From the NCBI GenBank assembly GCA_049860595.1, contig CP187551.1: a stretch of 64,000 nucleotides of DNA; one strand, given 5' to 3'. Shown here piece by piece: positions 11,149-21,255 of the stretch. Both the position numbers and the translations under genes were made by a program. The notes under the pieces were generated by a model. The model had not been told where the DNA came from and searched no databases. It saw only the letters and a list, made by a program, of their open reading frames with translations. The DNA is from Methanocaldococcus sp. 16A (GTDB taxonomy: Archaea > AGJL01 > Methanococci > Methanococcales > Methanocaldococcaceae). Numbering within the stretch: the first letter of the stretch is position 1; each line of letters begins with the position of its first letter.

Positions 11149-11985
11149 ATGAGAAAATTTTGTGTCTATGGGAAAGGAGGAATTGGAAAATCTACAACAG
11201 TAAGCAATATAGCTGCAGCTTTAGCAGAAGATGGAAAAAAGGTTTTAGTTGTTGGTTGTGACCCAAAGGCAGATACAACAAGGAATTTAGTTGGGAGGAA
11301 GATTCCAACGGTTTTAGATGTTTTTAGAAAAAAAGGCCCAGATAATATGGAATTGGAAGATATTGTCTTTGAAGGTTTTGGGGGAGTTTATTGTGTTGAA
11401 TCTGGAGGGCCAGAGCCAGGAGTTGGATGTGCTGGGAGAGGAGTTATTACAGCTGTTGATATGCTAAATAGATTGGGAGTTTTTGAAACATTAAAGCCAG
11501 ATGTAATTATTTATGATATTTTAGGGGATGTTGTTTGTGGAGGATTTGCAATGCCTTTACAAAAACACTTAGCTGATGATGTTTATATCGTAACAACATG
11601 TGACCCAATGGCAATTTATGCGGCAAACAATATATGTAAGGGAATAAAGAGATATGCAAATAGGGGAAAGATAGCGTTAGGAGGGATTGTTTACAATGGT
11701 AGGAGTGTTGTAAATGCTCCAGAGATTGTTGAAGAGTTTGCTAAAAAAATTGGAACTCAAGTTATTGGAAAAATACCAATAAGTAATCTTATAACAAAGG
11801 CAGAAATTTACAAAAAGACAGTTATTGAGATGTATCCAGATAGTGAGATAGCTAATATTTTTAGAGAGATAGCAAAGGCAATTTATGAAAATAAAAATAA
11901 AGTAATTCCTAATCCATTGTCAGAAGATGAATTGGATAAAATTACCGAAAAGATTGATATTCTTTTAAAAGAGAATGTTAGATAA
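11149..11985 (+). CDS. cfbC: NifH-like reductase, probable Ni-sirohydrochlorin a,c-diamide reductive cyclase ATPase subunit (F430 synthesis)
   Basis: [36 protein letters not shown]; no nifDK nearby. Confidence 0.75.
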   Translation: MRKFCVYGKGGIGKSTTVSNIAAALAEDGKKVLVVGCDPKADTTRNLVGRKIPTVLDVFRKKGPDNMELEDIVFEGFGGVYCVESGGPEPGVGCAGRGVITAVDMLNRLGVFETLKPDVIIYDILGDVVCGGFAMPLQKHLADDVYIVTTCDPMAIYAANNICKGIKRYANRGKIALGGIVYNGRSVVNAPEIVEEFAKKIGTQVIGKIPISNLITKAEIYKKTVIEMYPDSEIANIFREIAKAIYENKNKVIPNPLSEDELDKITEKIDILLKENVR

Positions 11986-12036
11986 TATTTGCTATTATGC
12001 ATCTAGTGGAAAAGAGTTTAAATTTCCAAAAACTTG

Positions 12037-12061
12037 AATTTATACCTGAGAAAGTAGTCTA
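12037..12061. repeat. Highly degenerate right end of palindromic repeat
   Basis: AATTTATACCTGAGAAAGTAGTCTA resembles TATTTATACCTGTGAAAGTCCTA at 6778-6800. Confidence 0.4.
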
Positions 12062-12109
12062 TTTAATCCAAAAATAGTAAAAAATAGTAAAAATATATGA
12101 GGTGAATAA

Positions 12110-12310
12110 ATGAAAGAAACATATTTTTTTCCAAAATCTCATTTAATAGGTCTTCTTGTAATATCCTATCTAATATTGTTAAGTACAACCTTATATTCAA
12201 TTTATGTCAAAAAATATGATTCTAATATGATGCTACGTTTTTTGTTCGTTACATTTGTGGTATTCTGGATGATATATTCATTATGGAAAAATAAAAAAAT
12301 ATTATATTGA
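12110..12310 (+). CDS. Small two-TM hypothetical membrane protein
   Basis: GAGGTGA RBS at 12099-12105; two hydrophobic stretches; 66 aa. Confidence 0.65.
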   Translation: MKETYFFPKSHLIGLLVISYLILLSTTLYSIYVKKYDSNMMLRFLFVTFVVFWMIYSLWKNKKILY

Positions 12311-12319
12311 TATAAAAAT

Positions 12320-13237
12320 CTAAACTCTTTCAAATATAAACTTAAATAAACCTTTTTGAGCATGCAATCTATTTTCTGCCTCATCATAAACTACTGAATG
12401 TTCTCCATCAATAACATCATCAGTTATCTCATATCCTCTATTTGCTGGTAGGCAGTGCATAACAATAACATCATCTTTAGCATGTTCTAAGAGCTTATTA
12501 TTAACTTGAAATTGTGGAAAGATTTTTAAAACCTCCTCTCTATCTTTCTCATCTCCCATACTTATCCATACATCAGTATATACTATATCTGCATATTCAA
12601 CAGCCTCTATTGGATTATTTGTTAATGTTAAAGAACCTTCGCCATATTCTTCAATGATTTCTTTAGCTTTTAATATTGTTTTAGCGTTTGGTTCATAACC
12701 CCTTGGTGTTCCTACATAGATATCCATTCCTACTAAAGCAGAACCTAAGATTAAGGAATTACATACGTTGTTTCCATCTCCTAAATAAGCTATTTTTAAT
12801 CCATTAAATTTTCCTTTGAATTCCTTTATTGTCATTAAATCAGCTAATATTTGGCAAGGATGGGCTAAATCACTCAACGCATTTATAATAGGGACTGATG
12901 AGTATTTAGCCATCTCTTCTAAGTGTCTATGTTTATAAACTCTTGCAACTATTGCATCTACGTATCTACTCATAACCCTTGCAGTATCTTTTATAGACTC
13001 TTTCTTTCCTAAATGTATCTCATTCTGGTTCATTATTAAAGGATGGCCTCCTAATTCATACACAGCAATATCAAAACTCATTCTTGTTCTTGTTGAGGGC
13101 TTTTCAAATAATATTGCTATACTCTTCCCCTCTAAAATTTTCTCATGTTTTCTTCTATTTTTTTTGAAGTATATTCCATATTCAATAATCTTTAAAATGT
13201 CTTCTCTACTCAACACATCCAAATCTAAGAGATGCAT
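12320..13237 (-). CDS. argF: Ornithine carbamoyltransferase
   Basis: [18 protein letters not shown] and HCLP motifs; start moved to ATG 13237 behind a GGTGA RBS. Confidence 0.95.
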   Translation of the reverse strand: MHLLDLDVLSREDILKIIEYGIYFKKNRRKHEKILEGKSIAILFEKPSTRTRMSFDIAVYELGGHPLIMNQNEIHLGKKESIKDTARVMSRYVDAIVARVYKHRHLEEMAKYSSVPIINALSDLAHPCQILADLMTIKEFKGKFNGLKIAYLGDGNNVCNSLILGSALVGMDIYVGTPRGYEPNAKTILKAKEIIEEYGEGSLTLTNNPIEAVEYADIVYTDVWISMGDEKDREEVLKIFPQFQVNNKLLEHAKDDVIVMHCLPANRGYEITDDVIDGEHSVVYDEAENRLHAQKGLFKFIFERV

Positions 13238-13357
13238 TTTATCACCTATTATGAAATAAATATTATTGATGAAATTTAAAATATAAACTTCAAACAATTT
13301 TTATAATTAAGAGTATTATTTTAATTTAAAGTTAGTTATAAAGATTTTGGTGATAAA

Positions 13358-13951
13358 ATGCACTATTTCTCAGAAAAGCCCACAACCAAATCAGATATAA
13401 AAATTGTTGAAGACATTTTAAGAGGAAAAAAATTAAAATTTAAAACAGATAGTGGAGTTTTTTCTTATGGAAAGATTGATAAAGGAACTAAGATTTTAGT
13501 TGAGAATGTAGTTGTTAATAATGGAGATAACATATTAGATTTAGGATGTGGTTATGGAGTTATTGGAATAGCTTTAGCTGATGAAGTAAAATCAGTAACA
13601 ATGGCTGATATAAATAGAAGAGCCATAAAATTGGCTAAAGAGAATATAAAATTAAATAACTTAGAAAGTTATGATATTAGGGTAATTCATAGCGATTTAT
13701 ATGAAAATGTTAAGGATAGAATGTATGATAAAATTATAACAAATCCCCCAATAAGGGCTGGAAAAGAAGTTTTACATAAGATTATTGAGGAAGGGAAAGA
13801 ACTTTTAAAGGATAATGGTGAGATTTGGGTAGTTATTCAAACAAAGCAAGGAGCTAAGTCTTTAGCTAAATATATGGAAAATATTTTTGGAAATGTTGAG
13901 ACAGTTACAATAAAAGGAGGTTATAGAGTTTTAAAATCTGTAAAAAAATAA
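13358..13951 (+). CDS. RsmC-like class I SAM methyltransferase
   Basis: HYFS, GVFS..IDKGT, LDLGCGYG, NPPIRAG. Confidence 0.9.
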   Translation: MHYFSEKPTTKSDIKIVEDILRGKKLKFKTDSGVFSYGKIDKGTKILVENVVVNNGDNILDLGCGYGVIGIALADEVKSVTMADINRRAIKLAKENIKLNNLESYDIRVIHSDLYENVKDRMYDKIITNPPIRAGKEVLHKIIEEGKELLKDNGEIWVVIQTKQGAKSLAKYMENIFGNVETVTIKGGYRVLKSVKK

Positions 13952-14008
13952 AAATTAAAAACGTTATAATATAAATATAATATAAATTATAAAGTTAGGT
14001 GAAGAAAG

Positions 14009-15307
14009 ATGACATCATATTATGATACAATTCCAAATTTTAAATATTGGGACATAGATGCTTGGAAAGAATATGTTCAAAAGTATATCGTTCCAATATA
14101 TGAAACTTCATTGTATCTTGTATCCTTAGGAAACAAACTTTATTTTGAGATAGGTGTTTTTAAAAGAATAAAAACATTAAAAGAAGTAAATAAAGACCTT
14201 ATACCATTTTTTGTTGGAGGTATTGATGAAAATGGAAACTATAAAGAAAATAGCCTTGCAAGATTAATTTATTTAATGTATGGAATATATGTTGAACCAA
14301 AGGAAGTAGCCAATATTGTAAAAGAGGTTGGTGAAGAAGGATTTAATGAAATTAAGATAAAATTAGAAAATGAATATCCATTTTATACATTTTATAAGTT
14401 TTTATATAGAATAAAGGAGTATAGTTTTAAAATTATTGAGAAATTAAATATTGATGTACCTAAAAAAAATATACCCGATGATATCCAAAAAATTATTCAA
14501 AATCCAGATAAAATTTTAGATCTTTTAAAGGAACTGTATAAAGCTTGCGTTTCATTTAGTGCAAATTATAATTATTACACTTTTTTTATTCTAAGTTCTT
14601 ATGGAATCCATTGGAAATATTTAGTTTCAGCATATCCAAAATTAAATGAGCATTTTGAAGAAGTAAAAGAGTTTTTAGGATTTACTCCTATCTTCATACC
14701 ATATGTTAATAATCCCACATTAAAAAAAGATTATACAATATGGGCATATGAAAAGGAAAGTATAGGAAATCTTGTATTTTATATGCAATTATATTTATGG
14801 CATTTCTTTGATTCCTTTGATAGATTATTTTATGACATTTTTAAGTATATCGTTGAAAAGCCAGAAAACTTAAAAGAGACATACAAAAAACTTGTTAAAA
14901 AATCTATTGGAGATGAGTTTGAGGAAATAACTATTGATAATGTAAAAATAAATCTAAAAGATGAGTATCTCTTTATAATAGATGAAAAATATATTGTTAA
15001 ATGGCCAAAAAAAGAAATCGTAGATAGATATTATGATGCTAAAAAAGGAAATTTAAGTTATAAATATTTTAGATCTACGTATGAAATACCTTATGAAAAC
15101 GAACTATCAAAACCTAAAATTTTACTTTTTGATTTTTTAAATAAAGTTGCTCCTATCTTATTTTTAAAACTTGCGATAATCTTACCTAATGAGAATATAG
15201 AATATTTAGAAATTCCAAAAGAAATCTTTGGTAGAGAATTGCCTATTTTAATATTCTATGGTGATTTTCTTAATAAAATATTACAATATATCGGGAAGAT
15301 AAAATGA
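14009..15307 (+). CDS. Hypothetical protein (432 aa, aromatic-rich), gene 1 of an inserted pair
   Basis: Long ORF with AGGTGA RBS; stop overlaps the next start; no recognisable motif. Confidence 0.85.
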   Translation: MTSYYDTIPNFKYWDIDAWKEYVQKYIVPIYETSLYLVSLGNKLYFEIGVFKRIKTLKEVNKDLIPFFVGGIDENGNYKENSLARLIYLMYGIYVEPKEVANIVKEVGEEGFNEIKIKLENEYPFYTFYKFLYRIKEYSFKIIEKLNIDVPKKNIPDDIQKIIQNPDKILDLLKELYKACVSFSANYNYYTFFILSSYGIHWKYLVSAYPKLNEHFEEVKEFLGFTPIFIPYVNNPTLKKDYTIWAYEKESIGNLVFYMQLYLWHFFDSFDRLFYDIFKYIVEKPENLKETYKKLVKKSIGDEFEEITIDNVKINLKDEYLFIIDEKYIVKWPKKEIVDRYYDAKKGNLSYKYFRSTYEIPYENELSKPKILLFDFLNKVAPILFLKLAIILPNENIEYLEIPKEIFGRELPILIFYGDFLNKILQYIGKIK

Positions 15308-17187
15308 ATGAAAAAACATTATTAACATCAAAATATGAAAATGAACATAAAGAAAGAGAAAAAAGAAGAAAAATAACTGATAAAAAACAACAAAAAGAAA
15401 ATAAAAGTTCTCAAATCATCAACATTTCAAAACAAAAAGAACTTAAAGAAAAAACTATAAGCAATGAAGAGACAAAAATTTTTGAAATTCCAAAAATTGT
15501 TTTTGATAATGCAAAATTAAGCTTTAAACATGTTATTTTAGAGAAAAATATAACTCTACAAAGAAAAAATCTCGAACTGAAAATACCAAACATCAAACTA
15601 ACAACTCCATATTATGAATTTTTAAATATAAATGTAGATAAAAGCTTTAACATTACAAAAGCTGAAAACTCTTTATTAATTCTAAAATTTGAGACTATAT
15701 TTCTAAATATTACATTTTTAAATGCTGGAATTAACATAGAATTTAACATTTCAAAAGATAAAAATGACTTATATATTCCAAAAGTTAAAATTTTAAATCT
15801 AGAAATTGAATACACTCAAAATAAATTAAATAGCGATTATCTAATCTTAAAACAGATAGAAAAGAGTTTTAGTATTCCTAAGATTGCTATTTCAGAACCT
15901 TCACTAAATATTACTGATTTTAGGGGACTTAAAATGGCTAAAAACTTGGGAATTAAAGAAACTCTTAATATTCAGAAAGAAAAACAAGAATCTGTAATTA
16001 AAGAAATTAAAGAAGATACATTAACAAATGAAATTGAAATAGTAAATACTACTGTTTCAAACGCAAATGAAACTAAAGAAACAGAAATTGAAGAATTTAA
16101 AGAACCTATAGAATTTTTATTTGGTGGTAATGTTGAGGGAATAAAAAGAGGAGAACCACTAATTGTTTTATTTAAAGATTATAACGATGACAACTACATT
16201 CAAACATTTGAAACATTATTATTAAGAATTTGCAGAGAAAAATATGGAGGAATTCCAGAAGTTAAAAAGTTAAGTTTAAAGGAAGATTGGAATAAATATG
16301 AGATTGAGAGATACCTCGATGAAGGAAACATATTTCTTATTGAGTTAAATTCTAAAAATGACATAGATAGAGATAATCTTGCCGATAGATTATGGGCAAT
16401 ATTTTCAAAAGAAAGAGGAATTGTTATTTTCTATACAAAATCTGAAAATATCTTTGAAGAATACAAAACAATTCTAAACGAAATAAATTGGAACAAATTA
16501 AATTTAAAAGCAAAAATCATTGAAATAATTCCAAGAAAATTATCATTTAAAGAAAAAATTAATATTGCAAAAGCACTTTTTGGTTTTGTTGATATAGAAA
16601 ATGCTCCACAAACTGCATCAATGGATGCTATCCTTAATTTTGCCAAAGAAAAATATAAAGAAATACTTGAAAAAATTAAAAATAAATATTATACTATCTT
16701 AGGAATCGTAAATGAAGGAGAAAACGAAAGTAAAGAGCATATAAATGTAAAATCCTTTGTCACTCATTGTTTAATCAAAAAACTTGAAAAAGATGAAAAA
16801 ATTCCAAAAGACGACAAAGAAAAAGATTGGGATGCTATTAAAGAAAACATCATCAAAACCGAACATCCAAAGGAAGGAAAGAACAAGAATATAATTGTTG
16901 ATGTGTATTTTGTTGATAGAGATGAGAACTACGAAATTGAAACATTATTTGAAGAGGGCTTTGGAAAAATCCACAAAACGATAGAGAAATACAACCCAAA
17001 TGAAAAAATTAACATTGTTATTGAAAACATAACTGCTTTCTTGCACGCAAAAGAATTCTTTGATATAATAAATCTTATTGAGAATAAACAAAGATATAAG
17101 AATTTACAAATCAATTTTTACACACTTGATATAAAAAATAAAAAATTAGTCAACATAAAAGATTATTTAAAGGCATTAAAACGGTGA
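15304..17187 (+). CDS. Hypothetical protein (627 aa) with N-terminal 32-aa repeats and a putative C-terminal PD-(D/E)xK-like nuclease domain
   Basis: IP/IL-initiated repeats at aa 62, 94, 126, 158 and 191; C-terminal ESKEH..K..TE..IVDV..YEIET pattern. Confidence 0.75.
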   Translation: MNEKTLLTSKYENEHKEREKRRKITDKKQQKENKSSQIINISKQKELKEKTISNEETKIFEIPKIVFDNAKLSFKHVILEKNITLQRKNLELKIPNIKLTTPYYEFLNINVDKSFNITKAENSLLILKFETIFLNITFLNAGINIEFNISKDKNDLYIPKVKILNLEIEYTQNKLNSDYLILKQIEKSFSIPKIAISEPSLNITDFRGLKMAKNLGIKETLNIQKEKQESVIKEIKEDTLTNEIEIVNTTVSNANETKETEIEEFKEPIEFLFGGNVEGIKRGEPLIVLFKDYNDDNYIQTFETLLLRICREKYGGIPEVKKLSLKEDWNKYEIERYLDEGNIFLIELNSKNDIDRDNLADRLWAIFSKERGIVIFYTKSENIFEEYKTILNEINWNKLNLKAKIIEIIPRKLSFKEKINIAKALFGFVDIENAPQTASMDAILNFAKEKYKEILEKIKNKYYTILGIVNEGENESKEHINVKSFVTHCLIKKLEKDEKIPKDDKEKDWDAIKENIIKTEHPKEGKNKNIIVDVYFVDRDENYEIETLFEEGFGKIHKTIEKYNPNEKINIVIENITAFLHAKEFFDIINLIENKQRYKNLQINFYTLDIKNKKLVNIKDYLKALKR

Positions 17188-17191
17188 GAAA

Positions 17192-18205
17192 TTGGTTTTA
17201 TGTGCAAAGGTCTATGCCAAAGAAGGAGAAAAAACAAGAAGATTATTGTTAGAAAACAAACTGTTAAATAAAAATTACAAAATTGTAAAAGAGGGTGATT
17301 TTTTATACATTCCATTAAATGAAGAGAATTTAAAGAATATTAATTTAAAAGATTTAAATCCAAACATCGAACTTGTTGAAAAAGATTTAAAGAAAAAAGA
17401 AATTAAAAGAAAACCAAGTTTTAGAGAAATATTAAACAAAAAATATAGAAAAGAGATTGATGAAGGATTAATTTCTTTATCTTATGATGTGATTGGAGAT
17501 TTAGTAATTTTGCAGATTTCAGATGAAGTTGATGAAAAAATAAGAAAGGAAATTGGAGAATTAGCTTATAAATTAATTCCATGTAAAGGAGTTTTTAGAA
17601 GAAAAAGTGAAGTTAAGGGAGAGTTTAGAGTTAGAGAGTTAGAGCATTTAGCAGGAGAGAATAGAACTCTAACAATCCACAAAGAGAATGGTTATAGATT
17701 GTATGTTGATATTGCAAAGGTTTATTTTTCACCAAGATTAGGAGGGGAGAGGGCAAGGATAATGAAAAAAGTTTCTTTAGATGATGTGGTTGTTGATATG
17801 TTTGCTGGAGTTGGACCATTCTCAATTGCTTGTAAAAACGCTAAAAAAATATATGCTATTGATATAAATCCACATGCAATAGAGCTTTTAAAAAAGAATA
17901 TAAAGTTAAATAAATTGGAGCATAAAATAATACCTATATTGAGTGATGTTAGAGAGGTTGATGTTAAAGGAAATAGAGTTATAATGAATTTGCCAAAATT
18001 TGCTCATGAATTTGTTGATAAGGCATTGGATATTGTTGAGGAGGGAGGAGTTATACACTATTATACCATTGGAAAAGATTTTGATGAAGCAATAAAATTA
18101 TTTGAAAAGAAATGTAATTGTGAGGTTTTGGAAAAGAGGATAGTTAAAAGCTATGCTCCAAGAGAATATATATTAGCCCTGGATTTTAAAATTAATAAAA
18201 AATAA
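17192..18205 (+). CDS. trm5: tRNA (guanine37-N1)-methyltransferase Trm5
   Basis: YFSPRL..ER, DMFAGVGPF, DINP, MNLP. Confidence 0.93.
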   Translation: MVLCAKVYAKEGEKTRRLLLENKLLNKNYKIVKEGDFLYIPLNEENLKNINLKDLNPNIELVEKDLKKKEIKRKPSFREILNKKYRKEIDEGLISLSYDVIGDLVILQISDEVDEKIRKEIGELAYKLIPCKGVFRRKSEVKGEFRVRELEHLAGENRTLTIHKENGYRLYVDIAKVYFSPRLGGERARIMKKVSLDDVVVDMFAGVGPFSIACKNAKKIYAIDINPHAIELLKKNIKLNKLEHKIIPILSDVREVDVKGNRVIMNLPKFAHEFVDKALDIVEEGGVIHYYTIGKDFDEAIKLFEKKCNCEVLEKRIVKSYAPREYILALDFKINKK

Positions 18206-18223
18206 TTTAGTTAGGGATAGTTT

Positions 18224-19750
18224 ATGTTAAGTTGGGTAGAGAAATATAGACCAAAATCATTGAAAGATGTTGCAGGACATGATAAAGTTAAAGAAAAGCT
18301 AAAAACATGGATTGAAAGCTATTTGAAAGGAGAGCATCCAAAACCAATTTTGTTGGTAGGACCTCCAGGATGTGGAAAAACAACTTTAGCTTATGCCTTA
18401 GCTAATGATTATGGATTTGAAGTTATTGAATTGAACGCAAGTGATAAGAGAAATGCATCAATTATAAAAAAGGTTGTAGGGCATGCAGCTACTTCATCTT
18501 CAATCTTTGGGAAGAAATTTTTAATTATATTGGATGAGGTTGATGGTATTTCAGGAAAAGAGGATGCTGGAGGAGTTTCTGAGCTAATAAAGATTATAAA
18601 GAAGGCAAAGAATCCAATAATTTTAACTGCTAATGATGCCTATGCCACATCAATAAGGAATCTTTTACCTTATGTTGAGATAATCCAATTAAACCCGTTA
18701 AATAAAACTTCTGTCTATAAAGTTCTAAAAAAGATAGCTGAAAAAGAGGGGCTTGATGTGGATGATAAGACATTAAAAATGATTGCCCAACATTCAGCTG
18801 GAGATTTGAGAAGTGCAATAAATGACTTAGAGGCTTTAGCATTGTCTGGAGATTTGAGCTATGAGGCTGCTCAAAAACTTCCAGATAGGAAGAGAGAGGC
18901 AAATATATTTGATGCTTTGAGGATTATTTTAAAAACTACTCACTATGGGATAGCTACAACTGCATTGATGAATGTAGATGAAACACCAGATGTTATAATT
19001 GAATGGATAGCTGAAAATGTTCCAAAAGAGTATGAAAAGTTAGAGGAGGTGGAGAGAGCTTTTGAATATCTCTCAAAAGCAGATAGATATTTAGGTAGAG
19101 TGATGAGAAGACAAAACTACAGCTTTTGGAAGTATGCAACGACATTAATGACTGCTGGAGTTGCTCTCTCAAAAGATGAAAAGTATAGAAAATGGACTCC
19201 ATATAGTTATCCAAAGATTTTTAGGCTATTGACACAAACAAAGGCAGAGAGGGAGATATTAAATAAAATATTAAAGAAAATTGGAGAAAAAACACATACA
19301 TCATCAAAGAGAGCAAGATTTGATTTGCAAATGCTCAAAATTTTAGCTAAAGAAAATCCATCTATAGCTGCTGATTTAGTTGATTACTTTGAAATAAAGG
19401 AGGATGAGTTGAAAGTTTTAGTAGGTGATAAGTTAGCTTCTGAAATATTAAAAATATTGAAAGAAAAGAAAAAATTAGAAAGAAAAAAGAAAAAAGATAA
19501 AGAGAAATTAGAGAAAGAAAAGAAAAAAGAAGAAAAAGTTAAGGAAGAGCAGCTAATTATACAACCTAAAGAAGTTAAAGAAAAAGAAGAGATAAAAGAA
19601 GTAGAAAAAGAAGTTAAAGAAGAAACTAAAGAAAAGATAGATGAAAAACCAAAAGCTGAAGAAGAAAAAGAAACTAAAAAAGAGAAAAAGAAAACTAAGA
19701 AAAAAGAAGAAAAAGGAAAACAACTAACTTTAGATGCGTTCTTTAAATAA
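18224..19750 (+). CDS. rfcL: Replication factor C large subunit
   Basis: [35 protein letters not shown]; K/E-rich tail ending in PIP box QLTLDAFF. Confidence 0.96.
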   Translation: MLSWVEKYRPKSLKDVAGHDKVKEKLKTWIESYLKGEHPKPILLVGPPGCGKTTLAYALANDYGFEVIELNASDKRNASIIKKVVGHAATSSSIFGKKFLIILDEVDGISGKEDAGGVSELIKIIKKAKNPIILTANDAYATSIRNLLPYVEIIQLNPLNKTSVYKVLKKIAEKEGLDVDDKTLKMIAQHSAGDLRSAINDLEALALSGDLSYEAAQKLPDRKREANIFDALRIILKTTHYGIATTALMNVDETPDVIIEWIAENVPKEYEKLEEVERAFEYLSKADRYLGRVMRRQNYSFWKYATTLMTAGVALSKDEKYRKWTPYSYPKIFRLLTQTKAEREILNKILKKIGEKTHTSSKRARFDLQMLKILAKENPSIAADLVDYFEIKEDELKVLVGDKLASEILKILKEKKKLERKKKKDKEKLEKEKKKEEKVKEEQLIIQPKEVKEKEEIKEVEKEVKEETKEKIDEKPKAEEEKETKKEKKKTKKKEEKGKQLTLDAFFK

Positions 19751-19757
19751 ATTTATT

Positions 19758-19821
19758 TAGGAGTTTTGCAAATATATTTTTTATAGTTATTATTTAAATA
19801 TTTAATAAATTGCAAACTTTA
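19758..19821. repeat. Degenerate palindromic repeat between convergent genes
   Basis: TAGGAGTTTTGCAAATATAT...ATAAATTGCAAACTTTA. Confidence 0.45.
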
Positions 19822-19823
19822 AA

Positions 19824-21095
19824 TTATAAGTTATTTAACAGACACCATTTCCAAAATGGAATAACTTTAACTTTAAAATCTTCTTCAATAACATCTTCAT
19901 AATCAAAAGTTATTAAAATTAAGTTATTACAATTTAACTTTTTTCCAATTTTAACAAATTTTTTAACTTCTCTATCATAATTATCAAAGTTTAAATCATA
20001 ACAAACATTTATTAGACATTTTATTTCTTCATCCTCTTTAATTAAAAAATCAACCTCTCCTATTGTGTCTTCGTAATAAAATATGTTTTCATTTTCAACA
20101 TAACCTCTCCTTCTCAGTTCAACGAAAACAGCATTTTCCAAATACTTACCCTTATCCATCGAATGTTTAATGTCAAAAATTCTAATAAATCCATTATCAA
20201 TAATATATGGTTTAGATAAACTTTGATTTATCTCCTTCAAACTATAAGAGAACTTTCTTAATGGAAAAACAAAATAACAATCATTGAGATACTCTAAATA
20301 CTCATATAATGTATTTTTACTGACTTTTATTCCTATTGACTTGAAGTAATTAACTAACTTATTTATAGAGACCTTTTTAGTATGATAGTTGATTAAAAAT
20401 TTAATAAAAAGTTTCAATATTTGGATATTTTTTATTTTATGTCTCTCCACGACATCCCTAAATATGATTGTCCTTAAATATTCTCTCAGAATGTCTTCTC
20501 TATTTTCTTCTTCCATAACAACCTCTGGAAAACCACCATAAGTTAAATAATCATCTAAATATCTCAAAATTAATGCTTTCTCTTGCTCAGTTAATATTTC
20601 ATCAAATTCTAAGCCCTTAAATCTTAAATATTCCTTAAATGATAAAGGAAATAACTCCACGCTTAAACATCTACCTCTTAATTGTGTAGCAATTTCCTTT
20701 GATAATAATTTGGAAGATGAACCAGTTAAATAAACATTATGTCCTTCCCTCTCAACTAATCTTTTTATAACAATTTCCCAATTTTCAACTTCTTGTATTT
20801 CATCAAAAAAGAAGGTTATCTTTTCATTTGGATACATTTCTTTACCTACTTTTACGATTTCTTGGATAGTTTTGATAGTTGGTGGAAAAATTCTATCATC
20901 ATCTAATGGGAAGAATATGGATTTTTCTGTTTTTTTAAATAAATCAAAAAGTAATGATGTTTTTCCAGACCTTCTAATTCCAATAATAGATATTGCTTTA
21001 TTAGTTTTTGGTAATTTTATATCTCTTGGTATCAGATGCATTTCTCTTTGTTGGTATTCTTTAATAATCGCTTTTATGATGTCTCTTTCATCCAT
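19824..21095 (-). CDS. AAA+ ATPase, AAA_14/DUF4143 family
   Basis: GIRRSGKT, FFDEIQ, TGSSSKLL, LRGR, YGGFPEV, C-terminal EVDF. Confidence 0.9.
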   Translation of the reverse strand: MDERDIIKAIIKEYQQREMHLIPRDIKLPKTNKAISIIGIRRSGKTSLLFDLFKKTEKSIFFPLDDDRIFPPTIKTIQEIVKVGKEMYPNEKITFFFDEIQEVENWEIVIKRLVEREGHNVYLTGSSSKLLSKEIATQLRGRCLSVELFPLSFKEYLRFKGLEFDEILTEQEKALILRYLDDYLTYGGFPEVVMEEENREDILREYLRTIIFRDVVERHKIKNIQILKLFIKFLINYHTKKVSINKLVNYFKSIGIKVSKNTLYEYLEYLNDCYFVFPLRKFSYSLKEINQSLSKPYIIDNGFIRIFDIKHSMDKGKYLENAVFVELRRRGYVENENIFYYEDTIGEVDFLIKEDEEIKCLINVCYDLNFDNYDREVKKFVKIGKKLNCNNLILITFDYEDVIEEDFKVKVIPFWKWCLLNNL

Positions 21096-21233
21096 TCTTT
21101 CACTCTTTACAAGGAAATATTATACAATTATTTCCCCATATACGGGTAAAGATATTTAAAGTTTATGAATTGTTTGAAGATAATGGTTTCAAAACTTCCT
21201 TAATACATATAAACAGTCAATTCTAAATTCAAC

Positions 21234-21255
21234 ATATAAACTGTAAAAGTCCCTA
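21234..21255. repeat. Degenerate right end of palindromic repeat overlapping the polB stop codon
   Basis: ATATAAACTGTAAAAGTCCCTA; terminal CTA is the polB TAG. Confidence 0.6.

Noticed and set aside
11149-11985. NifH-like gene as evidence of nitrogen fixation
   Set aside because: No nifD/K/E/N or nifI nearby; better explained as CfbC for F430 synthesis.
13965-13986. Tandem TATAATATAAA x2 upstream of the inserted cassette as an att site or target duplication
   Set aside because: Pure A/T low complexity with no matching copy at the other end of the cassette.
19450-19720. Purine-rich quasi-repeats at the rfcL 3' end
   Set aside because: Ordinary K/E-rich linker before the PIP box.
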